A DNA stretch of 64,000 bases. Origin: a virus. The position numbers were made by a program, and so were the translations under genes. The stretch lies in the IMG/VR virus record IMGVR_UViG_3300008116_000004, one strand, 5' to 3'. This document shows positions 54,115-64,000 of the stretch, piece by piece. Every line of letters starts with the position of its first letter. The first letter of the stretch is position 1. The notes under the pieces were generated by a model. It saw nothing but the letters and a program-made list of their open reading frames with translations, was not told the DNA's origin and made no database searches.

Positions 54115-56121
54115 TTAAATGCGACCAACGATTTCTTCAAACTCTACACCGGTGCGTACTGCAACGAAGTTGAGCTGAATGAAGTTAATTGAACGAGCTG
54201 GCTTGATGTAAATATCACCACGGAACTCGTTACGATCAATAACTTCAGGAGTATTATTTGTAGTATCACAAACCACTCTAAAGTCATAGATTCCTCTGCG
54301 GCCTTGGATATCACGTAGGTAAGGCTCTACAAGATTACGGAATGAAGCTCTTGTAAAGTCATCATTGAATTCAAATAGAGCAGACTTAGCAGCTGTTGCA
54401 ATGGCTTTTTCAAGAACAATGAACAATCTACGTACGTTAATTCTATCGAATGCTGATGGTCTTCCTAGGAGTGTCTTATCACCGAAGAGTACAACACCTT
54501 GACCTGGGAAGTTAACTACAGGGTTGATGTCTACCTTATAAAGCTCATCTCTATCAGCTTTATCTGGATTGTATGCAAGTTTAACAATGTTCTTAATGTT
54601 ACCTCTGTTGAACCCTGCTGGAGAGAACCATGGATCTCTTACGCTGTCTGTGCGTACGCAAAGACCAGCAATATCGCCGTTTAGAGGTACCCAACGATAC
54701 ACATCGTTGTACTTGTCATATTGATATTTGTGACCTGAATCGAGCACTGCATAAGAAGAAGCTCTTAAGAGGTTTCTAAATGTTTTAAGTTTAGTAAGTT
54801 CTTGTCCAGGTACATTAACAGTATCTGTGTTATTTGGAGAAACGAATGCTACGCAATCTTTTCTATATTCACAAATATTGTCTATGATGTAATTTGCTAC
54901 CAATTGTCCAGAACCACCAGTTGCACGACCACCAAGTACTAATGAGATATCAATATCTTCTGCAGATGCAAATTTATCATAAGCAGTCATAATTTTTGCA
55001 GGTGCAATAACAGATTCTGCATCATCAGATCCACCACCATTGAATGATATTGTATCAACCATGGTGTTTGTACCGGTAAGTTTATCTATTGATGATGTTG
55101 TTGTAGAAGTGTAATTATCTTTACCTGGCCATACCCACTGTGAGTTATTCTTAAGAATATCTTTCCAGTAAATAGAACCACCCTGTTCACCTTTTGCATC
55201 AGAAGCTCTAGAAACGTTTTTCCAAACTTCAATAATTTCACCAGGCACTCCAGTAATATTACCATCTTCATCTGCTACAACGATATGCATTTCGTCAGTC
55301 TTAGTTGTATCATTTACACGAGTAGCAACATAATTTGATTGACCAGGTGCACCGTCTACTGAATTAAAGTATTCCCAGTATCTAGTAGCTACTGCAGTAG
55401 AAGAGCTGTTAGTTATATTAACCCAGTCAGTCTTTAATTTGCTAGTTTCATTAAGAGTTACTGTAACTGTGTTACCTGAAACAGACTTTGACTTAATCTT
55501 AACATATTGTGTACCAATAGTAGTGTTACCAATTAGGATATAGTCACCTACTGTAAGTTCTGAGTCAACAGTTGTAGCCATAGCACTGAGATCAGCTCTT
55601 AGATAGAGAGTAGTGCTTCCAACTGCAACTTCCGCAACTACGTTTGATGTAGTATTTGCGTAACCAAATGATGATGTATATGCATTTGCATCTGGACAGA
55701 TAGAAATCTTAAGTGAATTTCCTAAAGAACCAGGGTATTTTGCAACAAAAGCAGTGTTTGCTTCAGCTTGAACTGTTGATTCTTGACTAGTCCAATCTGT
55801 GCTGTTTTTAATAAAATAATTTACAAGAGTGCCAGTATTTGCTACCGCATTATAATTATCTGTATTTGCTGCTCTTGAAATATAAAGCTGGTTTCCATAT
55901 GCTAAAAAGTTAGCAGCAGTGAACCATGTTTCGAAATTATTAGCTGTTGGTTTTCCGTATGTATTAACTAGTTCGTTTTCAGAAGAAATCAGGACTGCTT
56001 CTTCAACAGGTCCCCATCTAAAAACGCCAGCAAACGCACCTGTAGTAGTTGATACTGATGGTACGATTGTAGTTAAGTCAATTTCTGATACGTTAACACC
56101 AGGACTTACTTGAAATGGCAT
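54115..56121 (-). CDS. gp18: Tail sheath protein (gp18)
   Basis: SPGV...EIDLT, WFSPAG..RG, DRINVRRLF, IKPARSINFI; late promoter at 56166-56173. Confidence 0.97.
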   Translation of the reverse strand: MPFQVSPGVNVSEIDLTTIVPSVSTTTGAFAGVFRWGPVEEAVLISSENELVNTYGKPTANNFETWFTAANFLAYGNQLYISRAANTDNYNAVANTGTLVNYFIKNSTDWTSQESTVQAEANTAFVAKYPGSLGNSLKISICPDANAYTSSFGYANTTSNVVAEVAVGSTTLYLRADLSAMATTVDSELTVGDYILIGNTTIGTQYVKIKSKSVSGNTVTVTLNETSKLKTDWVNITNSSSTAVATRYWEYFNSVDGAPGQSNYVATRVNDTTKTDEMHIVVADEDGNITGVPGEIIEVWKNVSRASDAKGEQGGSIYWKDILKNNSQWVWPGKDNYTSTTTSSIDKLTGTNTMVDTISFNGGGSDDAESVIAPAKIMTAYDKFASAEDIDISLVLGGRATGGSGQLVANYIIDNICEYRKDCVAFVSPNNTDTVNVPGQELTKLKTFRNLLRASSYAVLDSGHKYQYDKYNDVYRWVPLNGDIAGLCVRTDSVRDPWFSPAGFNRGNIKNIVKLAYNPDKADRDELYKVDINPVVNFPGQGVVLFGDKTLLGRPSAFDRINVRRLFIVLEKAIATAAKSALFEFNDDFTRASFRNLVEPYLRDIQGRRGIYDFRVVCDTTNNTPEVIDRNEFRGDIYIKPARSINFIQLNFVAVRTGVEFEEIVGRI

Positions 56122-56178
56122 TGTTTTCTCCTTTATGATAAAGTATTTTCAGTATCTAGTAAGTTTATTTATGATTTC

Positions 56179-57774
56179 TTAGTTTAGAAGAAATCTATCA
56201 AACTCACTGACTGTCAAAATCCTATCGGATGGATCATCTTCTCTTCCATCATCGATGAGTCCAAAAGGAGTAAACTCTTCTTGTTCTTCTTCTATTTTTC
56301 TACGAATATCCGTATTTGAGACATCCTTAAAATAGTTCTGGCTAACCATCCATCCGAAGAGAACCAGACACATCACTAAATCATCATGGTGGCCATCTTC
56401 GGCATTGTAAGTACTTCCATCTACTATATAGGTTGAAAGCTCATTAATAATATCATAATCATTAAGAATTATTTTATTACTTTCGATTATAGTCTTAAGA
56501 TTCGAGCATCCAATTCTCTTAGTGATCTTTGTAGTTTTTATACCTAATCGATTCTGATTACCAGCAGTTCCGATAATAGTACCTTTTCTGCCAGACATTT
56601 TTGTCATAACAACATTGTCATATTCTAGATCTTGATGGAGAATATTAACAACCTGTGATCCTATATTGACTTCTACTAGAACTGCAGCATTATTATAATA
56701 TTTTGCAATACTTTCTAGAAGTGTTGGATACATGAGCTGAGATATATTAGCATCTTTATATGTTGCAACTACTTCATAAGGAACTGTAGAACAATCTATA
56801 ATTACAAATGCAGAACTATCTAAACCTAGCCCTTCAGATACATCTACTGTTATAGAATAAACATGGTCCTTTATCGGTTCTTTATAGATTTTTACATTAT
56901 GTATTTCTTTAAGAATTGGGTGGTAAACTAATTTAGAGAGAATAGAAGGATGAATTAGAGTGTTAGCTGAACCTAAGAACTCACACTCAAACTCTTGTCT
57001 AAATTGATCTATAGAAGTACTTCTGATCATCTGCTCTTTCCAGGCTTCATCTCGACCTGGAACATCTGACCAGTGAACATCAACTCTTGCATAATCATTG
57101 TTACCGTTAACAGAGTCCATCCAGATCTTATAGAATAGATTCATACCGTTAGGTGTTGATGTGATCAGAAGTTTAGATGATGAACCGGAAGTAATAGTAG
57201 GGAAGACCGATGCAAAGAAAGCATCCTGAACGTTACGAGGCACGAATGCAAACTCGTCAAGATAAACTAGATTATAAGATTGACCACGTACTGCAGATGA
57301 TGACGTTGCAGATGCAAGTATCTTAGAACCATTCTCTAATTCTATGTTACCTTTATTCCATTCAACAATACCCTGCTGTAACCACTTAGGGAGCCATTCA
57401 TATGCAAGTTGTACTCTAGAAAGAATTTCTCTTGCCTGTACTTGTTTGTTTGCAAGAACTGCAATATTATAATTTTCATTAAAAAGAATCTTATGAAGTA
57501 GATACCCTACAACACCTGTAGTTTTACCAACCTGACGAGGCATCTTACATACAGTAAAACGATTATCATCAAATACCTTAAACATTTTCTTTTGATAATC
57601 AAAAGGTTTAAAAGGTTGTAACCCTTTATCTACGGTAACAATCTTAACGTATTTTTCACAAAAGTATTCAACATCCTTAGCACATTTGATATACTCTTGG
57701 ATTTGCTCTGTAGTATAATTAAGTTTGACGTCTTTGTTCTTTAGGTTTTTATTACCTAGATATATCTCGCTCAT
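56179..57774 (-). CDS. gp17: Terminase large subunit (gp17)
   Basis: RQVGKTT, LDEFAF, STPNG, DVSEG...D.S, HDDLVM. Confidence 0.97.
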   Translation of the reverse strand: MSEIYLGNKNLKNKDVKLNYTTEQIQEYIKCAKDVEYFCEKYVKIVTVDKGLQPFKPFDYQKKMFKVFDDNRFTVCKMPRQVGKTTGVVGYLLHKILFNENYNIAVLANKQVQAREILSRVQLAYEWLPKWLQQGIVEWNKGNIELENGSKILASATSSSAVRGQSYNLVYLDEFAFVPRNVQDAFFASVFPTITSGSSSKLLITSTPNGMNLFYKIWMDSVNGNNDYARVDVHWSDVPGRDEAWKEQMIRSTSIDQFRQEFECEFLGSANTLIHPSILSKLVYHPILKEIHNVKIYKEPIKDHVYSITVDVSEGLGLDSSAFVIIDCSTVPYEVVATYKDANISQLMYPTLLESIAKYYNNAAVLVEVNIGSQVVNILHQDLEYDNVVMTKMSGRKGTIIGTAGNQNRLGIKTTKITKRIGCSNLKTIIESNKIILNDYDIINELSTYIVDGSTYNAEDGHHDDLVMCLVLFGWMVSQNYFKDVSNTDIRRKIEEEQEEFTPFGLIDDGREDDPSDRILTVSEFDRFLLN

Positions 57775-57976
57775 CTTTGATTGCTCTTTTAATTTCTACA
57801 ACCTTTTCTTTTTCTATAAGCTCGATACAAAGTGTTGTAATTTCAATATCTTTTTGTATGAAAAACATTTTAGTTTTTAGTTTTTCTAACTGCTCATTAT
57901 AAAATCTAAGTTCTTCTTCTTTTCGTCTTTTTGTCTCGTAAATATCAGTAAGTAAAATTATCTTACCTTCACTCAT
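57752..57976 (-). CDS. Hypothetical protein
   Basis: Coiled-coil ORF between gp16 and gp17. Confidence 0.65.
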   Translation of the reverse strand: MSEGKIILLTDIYETKRRKEEELRFYNEQLEKLKTKMFFIQKDIEITTLCIELIEKEKVVEIKRAIKDERDISR

Positions 57977-58367
57977 TAGACTTATCTTTGATCATTTTAA
58001 GGAGATCGGCAGAGGTTAAAACAAGGTTATTATTTGTAATATTCTTTTGTTCTGGAACGTCTTCTTTATCTAAGTCTTTTTTAACTTTTGCTAAGTTCAA
58101 CAGATCCTTGTTTGCCTCTGCCATTGTCTTTATAAGATTAGTAGCAACTTCAAATGCTCGTGCTGATTCTGATTGTTTGGCAATATCAATAATATCTTCT
58201 AGAGCATTCTGACCCTTTTCAATAATATCATAAAGGTTTTGACGTGCATATTCATAATCATCATTCTTCTGTGCTTTAATAGCAGGGAGAACTTGAGTAA
58301 TTTTAGTAGTTTGCTCTAAAGGTTCTATACCTAAAGAATCAGAAATAATATCTTTTTTAGCTGCCAT
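57969..58367 (-). CDS. gp16: Terminase small subunit (gp16)
   Basis: DYEYAR.NL, RAFEV, TNNN; synteny. Confidence 0.9.
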   Translation of the reverse strand: MAAKKDIISDSLGIEPLEQTTKITQVLPAIKAQKNDDYEYARQNLYDIIEKGQNALEDIIDIAKQSESARAFEVATNLIKTMAEANKDLLNLAKVKKDLDKEDVPEQKNITNNNLVLTSADLLKMIKDKSNE

Positions 58368-59175
58368 AATTATTTTCTACTGTCACAATATAACCAAAAT
58401 TATCATCTTCATCTATTGCAGATAATGCTACTGAAAGATCCGCATTAGAAGTAGGTTCACCATCTGCAGTTAATCCAGGTCTAGTAGTAGTTGTAGTTAC
58501 ACCTGTATTAGCAGTAGTATCTGAATATAGACGGACATCAGTAAGTTTAATGAGTTTACTTTCTGTTACAGGTCCGTAGAAATAACATTTCATTACAAAA
58601 TTAAGTGAGAATACTAAAACTCTTCTGGTTAAGAAGTCTGCAGCATATGTATCATCTATTGCAACTGAATCCAACACTAAAGGTATATCAGTGACATTAT
58701 CAAAATCATTACCTAATAGTTTTGCACTCACAGTCCATTCTGGTGTAAAATACGGAAGAATTTGCTCAACTATTCTTAACCCGTCTTCCATAGTTTTAGA
58801 CATAATATCTAATCTAAATCCAATATCGTAAGGAACTGGATTAAATACTTTATCATAGACATTCACACCATTAAGAGTTTTTCTTGAAGCTACTTTATTA
58901 ATTGTCTGCAATTTTCTTGCAGGAGCATAATTAATTGATGATATCTCAAATGCCATTCTTGGAAGTTTAATAGCAGTTAATGCAGTAGCATCCGGGTTAT
59001 CTTCAATACGAGCAAGAAACTTTTCTCTAGGACCATAAGCAATGGGTACTTTAAAAGTTTGTTCTAGACCACCTGTTGAATTTTTACGTTCAATCTTTAT
59101 ATTATTAAAGAGAGTTCCAAAAATAACAACATACTTCTTAAAAAGTGAATTATAAAAAGGAGAACTTGAAATCAT
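58357..59175 (-). CDS. gp15: Tail sheath stabiliser/terminator (gp15)
   Basis: FGTLFNNI, VPIAYGP..KFL, LPRM.FE, EQILPYF.P. Confidence 0.94.
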   Translation of the reverse strand: MISSSPFYNSLFKKYVVIFGTLFNNIKIERKNSTGGLEQTFKVPIAYGPREKFLARIEDNPDATALTAIKLPRMAFEISSINYAPARKLQTINKVASRKTLNGVNVYDKVFNPVPYDIGFRLDIMSKTMEDGLRIVEQILPYFTPEWTVSAKLLGNDFDNVTDIPLVLDSVAIDDTYAADFLTRRVLVFSLNFVMKCYFYGPVTESKLIKLTDVRLYSDTTANTGVTTTTTRPGLTADGEPTSNADLSVALSAIDEDDNFGYIVTVENNYGS

Positions 59176-59903
59176 TATGCTCTCCTATCACCTTCACTAA
59201 ACGGATCTCTTTCTGTAAAGTCTAGGAAGTCTACTGCTTCAGTTTCAAAGAATTCATTCTGGGACGATTGATCTAATTCATCTATATCATATTCTTCTTT
59301 AATTAACTGATAACCATCTTCTGTAGTTAAACTTACACTGGTTTCCGTAGTAATAATATATGGATCTGTTGTTGTAAGAAGTGCGTTATAAGTTTTATCA
59401 ATAACATCAACACCAGTATTAAATACTTCATTAGAGTATTCAAACAGTTCACATACAACATCATAGAATTGTAATGCACCCATTTGATAGAATACTGGTT
59501 TCTTATTAACAAATTTAATAGTATAAAGAGTCTTAGTAAATGGGAACCATATAAGATCAGATTCAATTGGACGATCTCTTTTAAGAAGAGTACCTACTTC
59601 ATTATCGAATACTCTCATTGCAATAGAAAATGTAATTTGATCTCTAACTTCGACACCAAACTTAGATAGGAATTCTCCATCCCCTTCAAACCCATCTACA
59701 TTTCTAATGTACATTTCAACTAAAACTGCTTCACCATACTCTGCAAACTCTTGTTCTCTAAATGCACTATCTCTATTAATAATTTTTCTCGGAATATAAT
59801 AGTTATCAACACCATGAATCTTGATAGACTCTATGATAAGATTTTCTATTAGTGATTGCTCACCAGAAGAAGAAAAATTATTAAAATAAAAATTAGTGGC
59901 CAT
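59175..59903 (-). CDS. gp14: Neck protein (gp14)
   Basis: EQ.L...L..ESI, YYIPR, SKFG, FYQ.G, CELFEYS. Confidence 0.94.
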   Translation of the reverse strand: MATNFYFNNFSSSGEQSLIENLIIESIKIHGVDNYYIPRKIINRDSAFREQEFAEYGEAVLVEMYIRNVDGFEGDGEFLSKFGVEVRDQITFSIAMRVFDNEVGTLLKRDRPIESDLIWFPFTKTLYTIKFVNKKPVFYQMGALQFYDVVCELFEYSNEVFNTGVDVIDKTYNALLTTTDPYIITTETSVSLTTEDGYQLIKEEYDIDELDQSSQNEFFETEAVDFLDFTERDPFSEGDRRA

Positions 59904-59904
59904 A

Positions 59905-60642
59905 TTAACCTATCATATCTGCAACAGGTAAACTGTAGCTGTTGATCATTTCTGCTTCTAGTTTGTCTATCTCTTCATGTGCGTCATTATAGATTTGTGT
60001 ACCGTTAAAGGTAATACCGCCTGGTAACTGAACGCCGTTAAACTTAGTAAGATTAGAACCCCATTGCTTTTTAATGAGCTGGGTAGCATATCTTTGCAAC
60101 CATCTATCTGACCATACATCTGAATATGTTTCAGGATCTACAACCTGGTATGCTTCTATTACAAGATAATAACCTTCTACTATTTTAGTCCAATCAACAT
60201 CAATATAAAGTTTATCTGTATGTCTATTAAATCTTATTGGTTGCTGTCCTACTAAAAGCTGTTCTAGCATTTGAATATGCTGGAATGCCATATAATAGGG
60301 AACCATAGATTGGTATGTAAGAGTATAAAGATCGTTAAGCGCTATTTGATATCTTATGTTAAAAATATTATTAACAGACATATAATTGCCAATATCAAAT
60401 ATTCTTACAGCTCCTATAATATTTTCAGGGAGAGTAATATATTTGTTGGAAATATCACTTGCAGTAACTAGATGTTTATAGTATACTTTCTCTGTACCAT
60501 CGAAGTGATAATCCCAATAGTATTTGAGAGCTTCATCAATACGATCTTCAACCTGATCATCATCCACGTTGATTTCAATAACAGGTTTGCCGAGTTTTCT
60601 CAGGCAATATTCTTTAAATTCTTCTCTAGATGTAACTGCCAT
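59905..60642 (-). CDS. gp13: Neck protein (gp13)
   Basis: YCLRKLG.PVI.INV, QWG.NL.KF.GVQLPGG; late promoter at 60661-60668. Confidence 0.95.
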   Translation of the reverse strand: MAVTSREEFKEYCLRKLGKPVIEINVDDDQVEDRIDEALKYYWDYHFDGTEKVYYKHLVTASDISNKYITLPENIIGAVRIFDIGNYMSVNNIFNIRYQIALNDLYTLTYQSMVPYYMAFQHIQMLEQLLVGQQPIRFNRHTDKLYIDVDWTKIVEGYYLVIEAYQVVDPETYSDVWSDRWLQRYATQLIKKQWGSNLTKFNGVQLPGGITFNGTQIYNDAHEEIDKLEAEMINSYSLPVADMIG

Positions 60643-60676
60643 TTAAATATCCTTTTTAGATATTTATGAATCCTGT

Positions 60677-61255
60677 TTATATGTAAAATCCAATGATTTT
60701 ACCGTTTTTATCAGAATACTTTCCTGGATTTATATTTACTGGGTTGTATACAGACGCAAACGGCGTCAGAGGAGGAACATCTTTTCCGTCTATGCATAGT
60801 TTTATATTAGAAAAATATACCCTTTTTAGTGTTGTTCTAAAAATTCTATAGATTGATAATTCATGTTCTTCTACTTTAATAATATGGTTTCTATTAGTGG
60901 GAACTACACACCAGTACGAACTATCAGGTTCTATAGATGTTATAGTTACTGAATTACAAGAATCGTGAACTGGGTAATAAAGACGTTCCAATTGAGATGT
61001 AAAAATAGGATATGTCTTGTGATTTTCGTCTAACTGCTCAGTAACATTATCATCAAAAACACCCTGAGGTTGACCATCTGTTAACCATTCTATTTTAAAT
61101 GTGTTTAGAGAGACATGATAGCGATTATAATTTTCTGTACTAAAAGTGCCATGATCAAAATTAAAGATAAACTTATCACCAGCTTCAGAAAAAACTGCAC
61201 GATCGCAGTTTATACCTGCTAATCTGAAAACTTTGCTATCAGTCATAGTTATCAT
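60677..61255 (-). CDS. Hypothetical protein (tail-fibre region)
   Basis: Coupled ORF. Confidence 0.65.
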   Translation of the reverse strand: MITMTDSKVFRLAGINCDRAVFSEAGDKFIFNFDHGTFSTENYNRYHVSLNTFKIEWLTDGQPQGVFDDNVTEQLDENHKTYPIFTSQLERLYYPVHDSCNSVTITSIEPDSSYWCVVPTNRNHIIKVEEHELSIYRIFRTTLKRVYFSNIKLCIDGKDVPPLTPFASVYNPVNINPGKYSDKNGKIIGFYI

Positions 61256-61572
61256 GTTAAAACAGCTCCTTCAGGAATTAATTCACTTAGATCAAACTCA
61301 TATACTTTATCTACTTCTAATTTAGCATTTTCTATACTATTAAAATTCTTTTTACTATCTTCTTCTATTTTTTGATTAGCAGCTATCTCAACTCCTTGGA
61401 TTGCAATAGCATAGATAGTTTCACGTAGGTCATCTGGATTAAAATTACCGATATTATAGGTGTATTTTCTATATTCACCAACATCTAAATCATTTTCATC
61501 TGATGCAAAACTTACTACCAGAGAATGAGTTTCTTCATCATATTCATGTATCTTCATTTTCAATCTTTGCAT
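61252..61572 (-). CDS. Hypothetical protein (possible fibre chaperone)
   Basis: Follows the Gly-rich fibre gene. Confidence 0.65.
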   Translation of the reverse strand: MQRLKMKIHEYDEETHSLVVSFASDENDLDVGEYRKYTYNIGNFNPDDLRETIYAIAIQGVEIAANQKIEEDSKKNFNSIENAKLEVDKVYEFDLSELIPEGAVLT

Positions 61573-61582
61573 TTTATTCCCC

Positions 61583-62296
61583 TTAAGTTGCAGAACCTAA
61601 ACGTGTACCAATTGCTGCCCAAGTAGCATATTGTTGTCCACCTTGTATATAAGCTCCTCCTGCACCTGCTGCAGTCTGACCATTTTGACCTGCTGCACCT
61701 GGGCCACCACCTGCGCCTGCACCACCTTCACCAGTACCGGCTGCACCTCCAGATGTTCTGGTACCTGAACTACCACCGTTACTACCTGAACCGCCTGAGC
61801 CAGGAGTATAACCAGCACCTCCACCACCACCAGAACCACTAAACGAGCCACCACCGTAACCACAGGATCCGTATGTAGTGCCACCACGACCAGCACCACC
61901 ACCGCCACCACCACCTGCAATAGTCCCATAATTGTATATTGTAGTGGGGTATGTTAATAATATTGCAAGACCACCGCCTTGACCGTTAGAGCCACCACTA
62001 CCTCCGCTACCTGCATTACCACCATTACCACCTTTACCTATTATAACACCGTTATTAGTAACTCTTATAGTATCACCAATGGTAAATCCACTTATATTTA
62101 ATGCAGCTGATGTAGATGTACTTCCAACGTAAACACCAGAATTAATATTGAGTCTGATATCACTTTTACCTGCTCTATACCTACCAGTATTCGATGCAGC
62201 AGTTAATAGATTGTAATTTTGAGTATCAGAAGCAATAGATAAATCTATACTCGATCTTAAACCACCAAGACCTAAAAATACATTATATATTGACAT
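61583..62296 (-). CDS. Glycine-rich tail-fibre tip/adhesin (gp38-like)
   Basis: NNG.IIGKGG.GG, N.GTIAGGGGGGG, W...GTRLG C-terminus as in T-even gp38 adhesins. Confidence 0.75.
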   Translation of the reverse strand: MSIYNVFLGLGGLRSSIDLSIASDTQNYNLLTAASNTGRYRAGKSDIRLNINSGVYVGSTSTSAALNISGFTIGDTIRVTNNGVIIGKGGNGGNAGSGGSGGSNGQGGGLAILLTYPTTIYNYGTIAGGGGGGGAGRGGTTYGSCGYGGGSFSGSGGGGGAGYTPGSGGSGSNGGSSGTRTSGGAAGTGEGGAGAGGGPGAAGQNGQTAAGAGGAYIQGGQQYATWAAIGTRLGSAT

Positions 62297-62297
62297 A

Positions 62298-62867
62298 TCA
62301 AGTCAACCCTGCACCTGTAATAACTGCATATGTCGGATTAATAAAGAGAACTGTACATAAACCTGCTGTTGCGAGTGTTCTACTTCCAGTAGTAACAGAA
62401 GGCTGTCCAGCCCAATATAATGTACCTCCACCGCCTTGTACTATAGTAAATGCAGGACCAGAATTATAAATTGTTATTGTATCACCTCCAACAAATATGC
62501 CAAATGGAACTGTCATAGTTCCACCAGCACCATTATATACTACTTTACCTGAATCTAAAGCAACTAATGTATATCCAGAACCTACAGGATTCATAGGTAC
62601 CTGTCTTACGTTACCAATTCTATCTGAAATAGTATTAGAAGATGATAATATTGCAGAGGTACCTAAAGTGACATTTGCATAAAATGTACTGTTACCACTA
62701 AAATATGATAATGAATTAGAAAAAAAGTTTGTATTTGATGTTAGATTAGCATTATGGACATGTTCACCTGTAAATACAAAGTAGCCAGTAGTATTCACTG
62801 CTTCTGATAAGGAAGCATTGAGATCAGCAGCAGTAAGCGTTTCACCAGCTACATATGTCTTACCCAT
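62298..62867 (-). CDS. Tail-fibre-related protein
   Basis: G.TLTAADLN start; YTLV..D.GK, ITGAGLT end. Confidence 0.65.
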   Translation of the reverse strand: MGKTYVAGETLTAADLNASLSEAVNTTGYFVFTGEHVHNANLTSNTNFFSNSLSYFSGNSTFYANVTLGTSAILSSSNTISDRIGNVRQVPMNPVGSGYTLVALDSGKVVYNGAGGTMTVPFGIFVGGDTITIYNSGPAFTIVQGGGGTLYWAGQPSVTTGSRTLATAGLCTVLFINPTYAVITGAGLT

Positions 62868-62870
62868 TTT

Positions 62871-63230
62871 TTACCCCATTATAAATTCGTTTGATGGCCA
62901 AGGACCAAGCACTTTAGGTTCTTCTCCAGGAACAGGTCCTAATCTACCAGCTCCTGATGGTGATTCAAGAGGTGCATTAGATACAGTAGATCCTGCTATA
63001 ATAACTGCACCACATCCGCAAATACTACCGGATACAGCAGTAATAGCACTCTCACATTTAAAATTGCCTGACCCGTTTACTATAGGAGTAATACCATGAC
63101 CAGGGATAGGACAAGAATGTAAATCTCCTACCCTGGCTGTCAAAACTCCTTCAGTTTTAGTAACGGAAGCTGATGATATAATAACACCACCATGAGAACT
63201 TCCGTCACCAAGTCTTGCAATTAATGCCAT
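62871..63230 (-). CDS. PAAR-repeat spike tip protein (gp5.4-like) with C-terminal extension
   Basis: IARLGD..SHGG, ARVGD.H.CP..GHG, CGCGA. Confidence 0.88.
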   Translation of the reverse strand: MALIARLGDGSSHGGVIISSASVTKTEGVLTARVGDLHSCPIPGHGITPIVNGSGNFKCESAITAVSGSICGCGAVIIAGSTVSNAPLESPSGAGRLGPVPGEEPKVLGPWPSNEFIMG

Positions 63231-63850
63231 TAAGCACCTAGAAGACCTTTAAATTCTTCTGTATGCTTCTTACGATCTTCAAGACCAATAGTACCACCGT
63301 TAATTCTTTTTGTAACAGCAGTAACATCATCTTTATCTGCAAGAGCATTAAGACCGTTCTTATTCCAGAACCATGCTGCTGATTCACAAGCACCTTCTGG
63401 TGTCTCAAGGTAGGCAGCACATTCTTCTACTGAAATGCCCATATCAGCAGCCATTGCTGAATAATTATTCTTACCAGTCAATTGGATCAAACCACGACCA
63501 CGATAACGGAAACCATCACCTGATGCAGTATCGCCATTTCCCATACGAGATGCATAAACTACGTTTGCAATCTTTTCTGGTTGACGAGCATATTCAGCCG
63601 CACTACGACCTGCATTCTTGAAGTACTTTGGGAATACTTTATCGAGGCTTTCTGCTGAGTAGTTAAGGTTTTCTACGATTGCTCTGAAACCACCAGACTC
63701 GTGAGCAGTCTGTGCAAGGAAATGTGCAAGACGAAGTGGTGTATTGATACCATACTTCTCTGCAAACATTTCTAAACTACCAGCAAGTGCTTTAACAATA
63801 TCTGGCTTTGAGTTAGGATAACCATGTTTAATTTGTTCTTCTGTAAGCAT
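63230..63850 (-). CDS. Glycoside hydrolase family 19 lysin
   Basis: FLAQTAHESGG, ENLNYS, YRGRGLIQLTGKNNY, TKRINGG..GLEDR. Confidence 0.93.
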   Translation of the reverse strand: MLTEEQIKHGYPNSKPDIVKALAGSLEMFAEKYGINTPLRLAHFLAQTAHESGGFRAIVENLNYSAESLDKVFPKYFKNAGRSAAEYARQPEKIANVVYASRMGNGDTASGDGFRYRGRGLIQLTGKNNYSAMAADMGISVEECAAYLETPEGACESAAWFWNKNGLNALADKDDVTAVTKRINGGTIGLEDRKKHTEEFKGLLGA

Positions 63851-63860
63851 TATATACTCC

Positions 63861-64000
63861 TTATACTATATTTTCGTTATACATTATGAACGCAAGATCA
63901 ACTCTTGGAGGTTTATATTCATAGGATTGTGACACAATAATATTAGTCACATTAGATGCATCTGAAGGTGCTAATTTGAAAGTATTTGCTGATGAAATAG
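63861..64000 (-). CDS. 3' end of a gene truncated by the window edge
   Basis: Open frame ...ISSANTFKL...YNENIV-stop, immediately before the GH19 RBS. Confidence 0.55.
   Translation of the reverse strand, partial: ISSANTFKLAPSDASNVTNIIVSQSYEYKPPRVDLAFIMYNENIV

Noticed and set aside
4952-57774. Introns or inteins in gp43, gp41, UvsX, gp46, gp17 or gp20
   Set aside because: All have ordinary lengths and continuous motifs; no intein termini or split frames seen
2248-63621. Many 60-120 aa ORFs antisense to, or out of frame within, core genes (e.g. 2248..2517, 6287..6556, 36485..36841, 45696..45995, 61597..61929)
   Set aside because: Shadow ORFs inside well-supported genes, with no RBS or recognisable motifs
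1-64000. Stop-codon reassignment
   Set aside because: Core genes are full length in the standard code, TAA, TGA and TAG all end genes, and no suppressor tRNA is seen

Overview
A 64-kb segment of a large, AT-rich, T4-like myovirus genome, almost all on the minus strand. The host is very likely an alphaproteobacterium, probably Rhizobiales/Hyphomicrobiales, judging from GapR/DUF2312, SMc00767-like, DUF1127 and CHASE2 cyclase genes. Core T4-like blocks: replication and recombination (gp41, UvsX, gp43, RegA, gp62/44/45, gp46/47, gp55, UvsW, UvsY) and morphogenesis (gp3, gp23-gp13, fibre genes, PAAR, GH19 lysin). Two tRNA genes are present: Asn-GTT (truncated by the window edge) and a CAT-anticodon tRNA. 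Accessory highlights: (1) a late-promoter operon csgF-csgG-curlin-FecR-metallophosphoesterase-curlin-CHASE2 adenylate cyclase, flanked by small membrane proteins, which looks like a phage-encoded surface-to-cAMP signalling system; (2) a 7-deazaguanine DNA-modification cluster (folE, queD, queE, queC, queF, DpdA-like TGT fold, formyltransferase, Ntn amidotransferase, two DUF3310 proteins) with two putative nucleases inside it; (3) a leader-peptide attenuator and a structured RNA ahead of tRNA-Asn; (4) small host-modulating genes the ORF track missed or mis-started (ArfA-like, DUF1127, tiny coupled ORFs); (5) an 805-aa internal-head polyprotein candidate. All family assignments come from motif recognition by eye; no searches were run.
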